A DNA stretch of 16,026 nt from an uncultured bacterium (lineage in GTDB: Bacteria; Krumholzibacteriota; Krumholzibacteriia; Krumholzibacteriales; Krumholzibacteriaceae): the NCBI GenBank assembly GCA_965371515.1, contig CBDUYR010000057.1:1-16026 (forward strand), written 5' to 3'. Positions 6,072 through 14,391 of the stretch are shown in pieces (within the stretch, counting starts at the first letter, position 1; each line of letters begins with the position of its first letter). The translations under genes and the position numbers were made by a program. The notes under the pieces are model-generated. The model was not told where the DNA came from, did no database searches, and was given only the letters and a program-made list of their open reading frames with translations.

Positions 6072-8423
6072 TTGTCTTCCACCAAAAAATTCGATTTCGC
6101 CCCGCGCAGGGGATATTACGCCGAGATCGGCCCCAAGGAGGCCAAAAGTATTCCTGCGGACCAGGTGAAGATGTTCGACGATTTCGATCTGATCTACAGG
6201 ACGCTGTGCGGCATCCTTTTCAACTTCGTTCCGAAGTCGGGACATCCCGGCGGCAGCATCTCGTCGGGAAAGATCGTCGAGGGTGTACTGTTCTCGTCGA
6301 TGAAGTACCGCATGGGAGATCCCGAGTGCCAGGAAGCTGACATCATCTCCTACGCCGCCGGTCACAAGGCGATGGGACTCTACGCGATGTGGGCGCTGAG
6401 AAACGAGTGCTGCCGCGTATCGAATCCCGATATGCTCCCCGGGCCGGAGAGGCAGCTGAGGCTCGAAGACCTTCTCGGTTTCCGCCGCAATCCGACGCAG
6501 GAGACCCCGCTCTTCAATAAATACAGCGCCAAGCCCCTCGACGGGCATCCGACCCCGCTCACCCCGTTCGTAAGGCTTTCGACCGGCGCCTCGGGCGTCG
6601 GCGTCACGACGAGCTTCGGCCTCGGGTTCGGCGCGATGGACATGTACGGTAAAGACGCCCCCTTCCTCCACGTCATCGAGGGCGAGGGCGGCATGACGCC
6701 GGGCAGGGTCGCCGAGGCGATGGCCACCGCCGCGACGGCGCAGATGTGGAACATCATCATGCACGTCGACTGGAACCAGGCGTCGATCGATTCGAACCAC
6801 GTCTGCCGCGACGGAGCGGAGCCCGGCGATTACGTGCAGTGGATGCCGGCCGAGTTCTGCTACCTGCACGACTGGAACGTCATCTCCGTCAAGGACGGCC
6901 ATGATATCTCGCAGGTCCTCGCCGCGCAGAAGTACGCGATGGAAAACATCAACACTCAGCCGACCGCCATCATCTACCGGACGGTCAAGGGCTGGAAGTA
7001 CGGTATCGAGGGGCGCAAGTCGCACGGCGCGGGCCACGACTTCTGTTCCGAGGAGTTCCGCAATACGCTCAAGCCGCTCGAGGAGAGGTTCGGAGTCGCG
7101 TTCCCCGAGTGGTGCGCGGACAAGACCCCGACAAGCATCGAGGGCAACTTCTACGATTACCTGATGGAGATCAGGAAGATCATCGAGACCAACACGGAGC
7201 TGGCCGCCTTCTTCGCCAACCTCCTGAAGGAAGCGGACGAGAACCTCACGAAGGCCGGCAGAAAAATTCGCGACGGCGCTCCCGATGTCGAAGCGATCTA
7301 CGCCGACGATATCTCAGCAACGGACATACCGGCGGAGCTGACCTACGAGGTCGGCGGCTCGCAGACGCTGCGCGCAGCGCTCGGAGAGGCCCTGAGCTAT
7401 CTCAACAAGAAGAGCGGCGGCGCGATACTCGCCGCCTCGGCCGACCTTATCGGCTCGACAAGCATCAATATGGCCGCCAACGGGTTCCCCGAGGGATTCT
7501 TCAACGCCGTATCGAATCCGGGAGCGAGGCTCCTCTCGATCGGCGGGATCTGCGAGGACGCGATGGGCGGAATCATGGCCGGCGTCTCGACCTACGGCGG
7601 CCACATAGGAGCGGGTTCCTCATACGGAGCATTCATCGCCGCGCTGCAGCACATCACGGCGAGGCTCCACGGCATCGGCCAGCAGATGAAACGCGATTAC
7701 AACGGCGATCCGTTCAACCCGTGGCTTCTCGTCTGCGCCCATGCCGGGCTCAAGACGGGAGAGGACGGACCTACCCACGCCGATCCCCAGGCGCTGCAGC
7801 TCCTGCAGGAGAACTTCCCGCAGGGCATCCTGATCACGCTCACGCCGTGGGATCCGCAGGAGATGTACCCGATGCTCATCACGGCCCTGAAGAAGAGGCC
7901 GGCGGTCATCGCGCCCTTCGTGACGCGTCCGAACGAGAAGATCTTCGACCGTGCAGCTCTCGGTATGCCGCCCGCTACCGAAGCGGTTACGGGCGTCTAC
8001 GCGATGCGCAAGGCCGACCGGACAAAGAAGCCGTACCACGGCACCCTCGTCCTTCAGGGCAGCGGGATCACCAACACCTTCGTCGAGGAGGTCCTCCCGA
8101 GGATCATCGAGGCAGACCTCAACATGAACATCTTCTACGTCGCCAGCGCCGAGCTCTTCGACATGCTGCCGATAGAAAAGCAGCACGAGATCTACCCGGA
8201 GGAGTGCTCGCTCGAGGCGATGGGTATGACCGGGCTCACACTCCCGACGATGATGCGCTGGGTCACCTCGGAGGAGGGACGCCGCAGGACGGTCCACGCA
8301 TTCCGCAAGGGCCACTACCTCGGCAGCGGCCAGGCCCACAAGGTCTTCGAGGAGGCGGAGCTCCACGGAGAGGGCCAGTGGAAAGCGGTCAAGGAGTACA
8401 CCGACTTCATGGCCGGCAAGTAG
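6072..8423 (+). CDS. tkt: Transketolase-like ThDP-dependent enzyme, divergent full-length form (783 aa)
   Basis: SGHPGGS, AGHK, LDGHP, GEG-X28-N (VDWNQASID), TVKG, SHG, SADL, GICEDAM, GEDGPTH and VTRPN all occur in transketolase order. TTG start with AGGAGG. Confidence 0.85.
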   Translation: MSSTKKFDFAPRRGYYAEIGPKEAKSIPADQVKMFDDFDLIYRTLCGILFNFVPKSGHPGGSISSGKIVEGVLFSSMKYRMGDPECQEADIISYAAGHKAMGLYAMWALRNECCRVSNPDMLPGPERQLRLEDLLGFRRNPTQETPLFNKYSAKPLDGHPTPLTPFVRLSTGASGVGVTTSFGLGFGAMDMYGKDAPFLHVIEGEGGMTPGRVAEAMATAATAQMWNIIMHVDWNQASIDSNHVCRDGAEPGDYVQWMPAEFCYLHDWNVISVKDGHDISQVLAAQKYAMENINTQPTAIIYRTVKGWKYGIEGRKSHGAGHDFCSEEFRNTLKPLEERFGVAFPEWCADKTPTSIEGNFYDYLMEIRKIIETNTELAAFFANLLKEADENLTKAGRKIRDGAPDVEAIYADDISATDIPAELTYEVGGSQTLRAALGEALSYLNKKSGGAILAASADLIGSTSINMAANGFPEGFFNAVSNPGARLLSIGGICEDAMGGIMAGVSTYGGHIGAGSSYGAFIAALQHITARLHGIGQQMKRDYNGDPFNPWLLVCAHAGLKTGEDGPTHADPQALQLLQENFPQGILITLTPWDPQEMYPMLITALKKRPAVIAPFVTRPNEKIFDRAALGMPPATEAVTGVYAMRKADRTKKPYHGTLVLQGSGITNTFVEEVLPRIIEADLNMNIFYVASAELFDMLPIEKQHEIYPEECSLEAMGMTGLTLPTMMRWVTSEEGRRRTVHAFRKGHYLGSGQAHKVFEEAELHGEGQWKAVKEYTDFMAGK

Positions 8424-8449
8424 GACTCCGCGATACGATAAGACAGACG

Positions 8450-8482
8450 AAGAGCCCGGGTCCAGGACCCGGGCTCTTTTTT
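8450..8482 (+). terminator. Intrinsic terminator between the convergent tkt and tricorn genes, possibly bidirectional
   Basis: Perfect inverted repeat AAGAGCCCGGGTCC-a-GGACCCGGGCTCTT running into a T6 tract. Confidence 0.9.
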
Positions 8483-8511
8483 CATTCGCTCAGGTTTGTG
8501 ATGGGCGATAC

Positions 8512-11500
8512 TTACCGCTCGTCGATATTGACCTTCGTATCGAAATCACGCGGCGTGTCCCCGATCTTCTCCATCAGGAACTCGATCGCCTTCTCGAGCT
8601 GCATGTCGCGCCCGATCTTCTCCATCTCGGGAGGGCTCTCGACGTGGATGTCCGGGATGGCCCCGCGGCTCTCGAGCTGCGCGCCGGTGCTCTCCTCCCA
8701 GATACCGATGAAGGTCTTTCGGATCGATCCGCCGTCGATCAGGTTATGGGGCATGACTGCGATAACGAACCCGAGAGTCGGAACACCGATGACGGTCCCG
8801 AGCCCCCGTTCCTTGACCGCGCTGGGAAACACCTCGGCGTCCGAGTATGAGTACTCGTTTATCAGGACGGCGACTTCGCCGGTAAAGACGTCCTGCGGCC
8901 TCGTGATCGGCGACTCGCCTCTCGACTGCTGGATCTGGTAGGGGCGGCGCTCGAGGTAGTCGATGATCTTCGCGTCTATCGACCCGCCTCCGTTGAACCT
9001 CACGTCGATGATGATCGCTTCCTTGTACCTGAACCTCTCGAACTGCTCCCTGAATACGATCCAGCCGCTCGTACTCATGTCCTTCAAGTGCATGTACCCT
9101 ATCCGGTCGCTGCTTTCCGCGTCGGTGAACTTCTCGTTCCCGTCGACCCAGCTCTTGTACCGCAGGTTGCCGTCGTATCCCACAGGCTTTAAAACGGTCT
9201 CGACAGCGCCCTTGAGCGAGGGCTTGTCGTTGGTCAGTATCCTCACCTTGTTTCTCGTCGTGCCGACGAGATACTTGTTATAGTTCTCTCCCGGCTGCAG
9301 CTCGTTGCCGTTTATCGCCAGAAGGTAATCCCCTTCCTTTACCTTGACGTAATCGGCGTCGAGCGGGGATATTTCCTTCTTCGAGAACATGTTCCCCTCG
9401 TATATCTTCTCGAAGCGGGGAAAGCCGCTCTTCTCGTCGAGGACGAGCTTCGCGCCCAGGTACGCCAGGGATGTCGTCTTTACCGAGGTGGCATCTCCGC
9501 CGGAGACACCCTGGTGCGATGCATTGAGCTCACCGACCATCTCGGTCATCAGGACATTGAGCTCCCTGCGCGTCCTTACCCAGGGCAGAAGGCTCTCGTA
9601 GTACTCCCCGATCTCGTCCCAGTCGACACCGTGCAGATTCGGATCGTAGAAATGGTACTTTATGACCCTCTGTCCCTCGCGCATTATCTGGCCCCACTCG
9701 GCTTCACGGTCGAGCTTCATGACGACCTTGCGCTTGATATTGAGCTTTCCGCTCTCCTTCTTGTCCTTGGTGGCCACGGTCTTGCTCTTCGAGGTAGAAG
9801 CCTTGGATCCGACCTTCAGGATCTCGAATTCCGAGCCGTTGAACAGCCCGATCTTCTTGCCGTTCGCCGATATACCGTAAGTCACTATCGTCGAGGCGAC
9901 GAGTTTGGTCTCCAGCTTCTCGGTATTGTAGGCGTACAGGTCGTACACACGCCTGAACATCATCCTGGCCTTGCCGGTAACGAGGTAGTAATAGTACTTG
10001 TCCGCCGCCTGGATGTTTCGCAGGCTTTTCGCCCTGACCCTTCCGACGGGCCTCATGCGGCCCTCGAGTCCGTCGAAGTCGATCTCGACCTTGACCTTCT
10101 CTTTCTTGTCTTTCTTTCCCTTCTTCCCCTTCTTCCCGTCTTCGCCGTTGTCGTCCTCGTCATCCTCGTCGGCCTCATCGTCGTCGCCGTTCACCCCGTC
10201 GACACCTTCCTCGTCATCCTCGTGTATGAACGGTTCTTCCTCCTCGGGGAGCAGGCTGGCCCTGCACAGTGACCTCAATCCACCCTGCCTGTCGGAGATG
10301 AGAAGGAGGTATTTCCCGTCGGGCGTGAAATACGGTTCCGTATCGTCGGCAAGGTTGCTGGTGACCTGGTGATGCTCCTTCTTTTTGGTGTCGTATATGT
10401 ATATGTCTCTCGCCCTGTTCCTCCTGGCGAAATCATACGCGATCCACCGCCCGTCGGGCGACCAGTGGTAAGTGGCGATATCCCTGTGATCGTTCCTGTT
10501 GACGAGGAACGGGTCTCCGCCGTCGACATCGAGCATCCAGAGCTCGTTCGCCTCGGTCGTATAGAGCATCCTGTCACTCTCCGGCGACCACTGAAGGCCC
10601 TCCTTGAAATGTCCCGTGTCGGTGAGACGTTTCTCGGGCTCCTTTCCCATCTGGTCGACGAGGTAGACCTCATCGTCACCGGTCCTGTCCGAGACGTAGG
10701 CCACCCACTTCCCGTCAGGGGACCAGGACGGGCCCATATCGCGGGAACCGGAAGAATTCGTGATATTGCGAACGTCGCCGTGCTTTGCCGGAGCGGTGAA
10801 GATCTCGCCTCTCGCGCTGAAGACTATCCTCTTGCCGGTCGGTGAGATATCGAAGCCGGTCAGATACCTCAGCGGGTTTATATAGCTCGTCATGTTGGTG
10901 CGGTCGTCGGTCGGCGCGTAGATGACCACCTCTCTGGCCTCTTCGCTCTCAGTGTCGAGAACGTAGAGCCTCGCCTCCCTCTCGAAGACGATCCTGCTTC
11001 CGTCGGCGCTCATCGAGGGCCAGGTGATCCCGTGCTTTTTGAAATCGGTAACCTTCCGGACCTGTTCGGTTCCGAGATCGTACGAGTAGAGGTTCTTCAC
11101 GTCGTCTTCGCGGTCGGATACGAAATATATCCTCTCCCCGACCCACATCGGCCAGGAATCGTTCCCCTCGTAATCGGTCAGGCGCCTGTATGTCTCTTCT
11201 TCCAGATCGTAGATCCATACGTCGAGGTTCTGGCTGCCCTTGTACCTCTTCCACCACCACCACCTGCCGGGGTGCCTGTTGAAAGCCATCTTTTTGCCGT
11301 CGGGCGAGAAGCTGGCGAAGCTCGCCTGCCCGACCCCCATGTCGACAGGCATGCCGCCGTCGGCAGACACGACGAAGAGCTGCTGGAAGAATCGGGCGAA
11401 CGATTCGCGCATTGACCGGAAGACGATACTTTTGCCGTCCGGAGTCCATTCGACCGGGATGGCGCCGTCCGTAGCATACGTGAGCTGCTTCGGCTTTCCG

Positions 11501-11811
11501 CCCAGGGCGGGCATGACGAGCAGGGAATTCCTTCTCCCGTTCAAGGAACCGGTGAAGGTGATCTGGCTGCCGTCCGGCGAGAACTTGGGATAGTTCTCGG
11601 TGCCGTCGTGAATTGTGAGCCTTCTCGCGATTCCGCCCTCCTCGGATACCGACCAGAGATCGCCCTGCCAGACGAAGGCAATCGTGCCGTCGTGGATGTC
11701 GGGCCGTCTCATCAGCCGCAGCGGTTCGCCGGGACCGTCAACGGCCGCGGCAGGCAGAGCGGCCGCGGTAACAGCTATCGCGAGCGTCAGGAATGTGATC
11801 GTCCATTTCAT
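8512..11811 (-). CDS. Exported tricorn protease homolog (peptidase S41B; two beta-propellers, C1, PDZ and catalytic domains)
   Basis: Signal peptide, IAFVWQGDLW, PD40-like repeats (FSPDG, WSPDG), WKRYKG, WGQIMRE...FYDPNLHGVDW, ELNASH (catalytic His), IGYMHLKDM, IIDVRFNGGG and SYSDAE (catalytic Ser). SD GAGGAGGA. Confidence 0.95.
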   Translation of the reverse strand: MKWTITFLTLAIAVTAAALPAAAVDGPGEPLRLMRRPDIHDGTIAFVWQGDLWSVSEEGGIARRLTIHDGTENYPKFSPDGSQITFTGSLNGRRNSLLVMPALGGKPKQLTYATDGAIPVEWTPDGKSIVFRSMRESFARFFQQLFVVSADGGMPVDMGVGQASFASFSPDGKKMAFNRHPGRWWWWKRYKGSQNLDVWIYDLEEETYRRLTDYEGNDSWPMWVGERIYFVSDREDDVKNLYSYDLGTEQVRKVTDFKKHGITWPSMSADGSRIVFEREARLYVLDTESEEAREVVIYAPTDDRTNMTSYINPLRYLTGFDISPTGKRIVFSARGEIFTAPAKHGDVRNITNSSGSRDMGPSWSPDGKWVAYVSDRTGDDEVYLVDQMGKEPEKRLTDTGHFKEGLQWSPESDRMLYTTEANELWMLDVDGGDPFLVNRNDHRDIATYHWSPDGRWIAYDFARRNRARDIYIYDTKKKEHHQVTSNLADDTEPYFTPDGKYLLLISDRQGGLRSLCRASLLPEEEEPFIHEDDEEGVDGVNGDDDEADEDDEDDNGEDGKKGKKGKKDKKEKVKVEIDFDGLEGRMRPVGRVRAKSLRNIQAADKYYYYLVTGKARMMFRRVYDLYAYNTEKLETKLVASTIVTYGISANGKKIGLFNGSEFEILKVGSKASTSKSKTVATKDKKESGKLNIKRKVVMKLDREAEWGQIMREGQRVIKYHFYDPNLHGVDWDEIGEYYESLLPWVRTRRELNVLMTEMVGELNASHQGVSGGDATSVKTTSLAYLGAKLVLDEKSGFPRFEKIYEGNMFSKKEISPLDADYVKVKEGDYLLAINGNELQPGENYNKYLVGTTRNKVRILTNDKPSLKGAVETVLKPVGYDGNLRYKSWVDGNEKFTDAESSDRIGYMHLKDMSTSGWIVFREQFERFRYKEAIIIDVRFNGGGSIDAKIIDYLERRPYQIQQSRGESPITRPQDVFTGEVAVLINEYSYSDAEVFPSAVKERGLGTVIGVPTLGFVIAVMPHNLIDGGSIRKTFIGIWEESTGAQLESRGAIPDIHVESPPEMEKIGRDMQLEKAIEFLMEKIGDTPRDFDTKVNIDER

Positions 11812-11974
11812 GCTCAGGAATCCTCCTCTTCAGTGTTCTGGCGACTGAACCTTTACTGACTGTTCACATATTTGTACAACTTATTAATCTTGTGATTCCA
11901 GGCTATCAGGATGCAACGAATAGGTTCGGTATGCGCAAGTTGTATGTGCCCGTCGCCCTCTGCCACCTTGTTTT

Positions 11975-12004
11975 AAGTAAGGGGGCGGGCAGGATCCGCC
12001 CCCT
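11975..12004 (-). terminator. Stem-loop, probable weak terminator after the propeller gene
   Basis: Minus strand AGGGGGCGG-atcctgc-CCGCCCCCT followed by TACTT, 23 nt after the stop at 12028. Confidence 0.6.
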
Positions 12005-12027
12005 CGTAATGCACGCGGTATTGGGTA

Positions 12028-14220
12028 TTACCGCAGAAGGATCATCTTCCTCGTCATCTCCTGATCAGCTGTCTTCAGCTTGTAGAAGTAGACGCCCGAA
12101 GAGAGTCCACTGGCGTTGAAGCCGACGTCGTAATTGCCGGCCGTCATCGTCTTGTTCAGAATCGTCGCAACGACCCTTCCGGTCACGTCGTACACGTTCA
12201 GCGATACGTAACCGTCCCTGTCGAGATTGAAGCTGATCGTCGTCGACGGGTTGAAGGGGTTGGGATAGTTCTGATTAAGGGCGAACGGCAGACTCATCGG
12301 ATTATCGCCTGTCGGCGAGGAATCCCAGTACTGGATCATGCAGTCGTCAGCGCCGATGTACAGCTTGTGCGTCTCGTTCTGCAGGTAGATGCAGTCTATA
12401 TCATCGGTGACAGACTCGAGTGCCGGAGCGAGATCTGCCCAGGTCACGCCGCCGTCTATGCTGTGGCGGGCTGTCTGGTCGTTGCCCGAGATCCAGCCAT
12501 GTCCGTTCAACGGGTTGAAATGGACATCCATCAGCTCGATCGAGGTCGTCCACGTAGGCTGCTGCAACCAGTTCACGCCGCCGTCGATCGACTTGACGAT
12601 AGTGCCGTTGTCCCCGACACCCCACGCCTCGTAGCTGTCGATCATGAAGACTTCCTCGATGTCATACGTGGTGGCTACGACATCATGAACACCCGCGGTC
12701 CATGTCTCACCGCTGTCCATCGTGTAGTACAGGCCGATGTCGTCGCCGCCGATCACGCCGAAATTCTCCTGACCGGGAGCGAAATGCACGCTGTTGAACT
12801 GGTAACTCTTCACGTTATGCCAGATCTGCGTCCGTGTCGCGCCGCCATCGTCCGTCGTGTAGATCACGTCGTCACCGGTTAACTCTCCGACCAGCAGGCC
12901 GTTGAGATCATCGAACCAGTGCATCTTGTACATCGCGTCGGAAAGCGACGCCGAATGGAACATCTGTGTCCAGGTCGCGCCCATATCGGTCGACTTGACG
13001 AGATGATCGTTCGAGCCGCTGGCATAGATGATACCGTCTACATACCAGACGTCATGGATGATCGGCGCATATCCCAGGGGCGCCGCAAGCGAGGGCACCC
13101 AGTCGCCGCCCGCTTCCTTCTTCATGAAGAGACCGTTTGTTCCGACGGCCAACGTCGTCGTCCCGGCCTTCGTCATCCCTTTGATACCGGCGAATCCGAA
13201 GCTCGGGTTGAAGTTGAAGGACCATGTCTGGCCCCTGTCGGTCGACGTTCCGATCGTGCCTTCATCGCCGACCGCCATGATCGTGTTCGTACCCGGAATG
13301 ACAGCGCATCCGCGAAGATCGTCGCCGTAGAACTCCTGCACCCTCGACCATGTAGCCAGGTCGGTGCTGCTGTGGATGTTCGGCGCGGCAAAGCCCGATC
13401 CTCCACCGACGATGACGACTTCGCCGTCATCGAAACTGGTGATACCCCATCCGTAAGCGTACGAATTCCACGAATAGGTGATGTCGGGACAGTTCCATGT
13501 CTGTCCGGCGTCGGCCGAGACGAGGATGATCGTCGGTTGCGGACCGATCATCGATCCCCAGCCGGTGGCCACTGCATGCGTGGCATCGATCGTGTAGACC
13601 CACTCGATATCGAACCTCGAGTATGGGTAGGGTCCGAGATTCACCGCCGCGGCGATCCATGTCGCGCCGCCGTCGGTCGAGTACGCGATACCGGCGCCGT
13701 CGAGAGAGATGTATCCGTTGGATGCGTCGGCAAAGCTGACGCCGGTCACATCATCGGCGAAAGTGCCAATGGTATCCCACGTGACACCATTGTCGGTGGT
13801 GCCATAGAGGTTGTTGTCGTCACTACCCATCCATCCAAGGCTGCCAACGAAATAGACCACGTTTATGTCGCTTGTCGTGAGGACCTTGCTCTGCGTGTGC
13901 GCGATCCAGTTCGCTCCACCATCGGTCGTGTAGGTGATCACACCGTTGTCGCCGACGGCCCAGCCCTCAGTCTCCGATTTGAAGAATACGTCGAAGAGCG
14001 CATCCGGGCCCGTCGGGACCTGATCGACCCATGTGCTTCCACCGTCGGTCGTCTTCAGGATGGAACCTGCTCCGCCGACGATGTAGCCAACGCTGGCGGA
14101 CGGAAATACGATCTCGTAGTACGTATCGGTCTTTTCTCTCTGGTACTCCACCGTCCACTGAGCGCTGGCAGACCCGGCGAGGAGAAGCATCAGAACGATA
14201 CAACAGCTGATAAATCTCAT
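12028..14220 (-). CDS. Secreted YCF48/BNR (Asp-box) beta-propeller protein with a T9SS type A C-terminal sorting domain
   Basis: ATG14220 preferred over TTG14250 because AGGAGGTGG lies 5 nt upstream and a signal peptide follows (MRFISCC...ASA). About 11 clear and 2 degenerate S/TxDxGxT/NW Asp-boxes. C-terminus FALNQNYPNPFNPSTTISF...LSSGVYFYKL...TRKMILLR. Confidence 0.9.
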   Translation of the reverse strand: MRFISCCIVLMLLLAGSASAQWTVEYQREKTDTYYEIVFPSASVGYIVGGAGSILKTTDGGSTWVDQVPTGPDALFDVFFKSETEGWAVGDNGVITYTTDGGANWIAHTQSKVLTTSDINVVYFVGSLGWMGSDDNNLYGTTDNGVTWDTIGTFADDVTGVSFADASNGYISLDGAGIAYSTDGGATWIAAAVNLGPYPYSRFDIEWVYTIDATHAVATGWGSMIGPQPTIILVSADAGQTWNCPDITYSWNSYAYGWGITSFDDGEVVIVGGGSGFAAPNIHSSTDLATWSRVQEFYGDDLRGCAVIPGTNTIMAVGDEGTIGTSTDRGQTWSFNFNPSFGFAGIKGMTKAGTTTLAVGTNGLFMKKEAGGDWVPSLAAPLGYAPIIHDVWYVDGIIYASGSNDHLVKSTDMGATWTQMFHSASLSDAMYKMHWFDDLNGLLVGELTGDDVIYTTDDGGATRTQIWHNVKSYQFNSVHFAPGQENFGVIGGDDIGLYYTMDSGETWTAGVHDVVATTYDIEEVFMIDSYEAWGVGDNGTIVKSIDGGVNWLQQPTWTTSIELMDVHFNPLNGHGWISGNDQTARHSIDGGVTWADLAPALESVTDDIDCIYLQNETHKLYIGADDCMIQYWDSSPTGDNPMSLPFALNQNYPNPFNPSTTISFNLDRDGYVSLNVYDVTGRVVATILNKTMTAGNYDVGFNASGLSSGVYFYKLKTADQEMTRKMILLR

Positions 14221-14391
14221 GTAAGCCACCTCCTGTAACTGCTGTATCAAAACTACGTAACAGGGGAATTTAGTCTCAGTACCTTGTGTCTCGAAAAACC
14301 CACCTCCTTCATCATTCTTTCAGAACACCTGTTTATAGCCAAATTATAGCCACCCGATTGTAACACATCTGTCAATTTATATTTACATCTA

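Noticed and set aside
5883..7037. 384-aa minus-strand ORF opposite tkt
   Set aside because: Antisense shadow that runs through the promoter region.
7109..8941. 610-aa alternative-frame ORF overlapping tkt
   Set aside because: Arg/Gly/Pro-rich off-frame translation that crosses a terminator.
11846..11944. Short dyads upstream of tricorn (TGAAC-N11-GTTCA, TTGTACAA, TACAACTT...AAGTTGTA)
   Set aside because: Short arms in AT-rich DNA and no convincing promoter to anchor them.
12400..14100. Recurrent GCCGCCGTC/CCACCGTC-type motifs resembling a DNA repeat array
   Set aside because: They encode the Asp-box protein repeats; this is not a CRISPR or other non-coding array.
14365..14390. AGATGT direct repeat as a LytTR binding site
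   Set aside because: Only 6 bp with a 20-bp period; it does not fit the 9-bp repeat with 12-bp spacer pattern.
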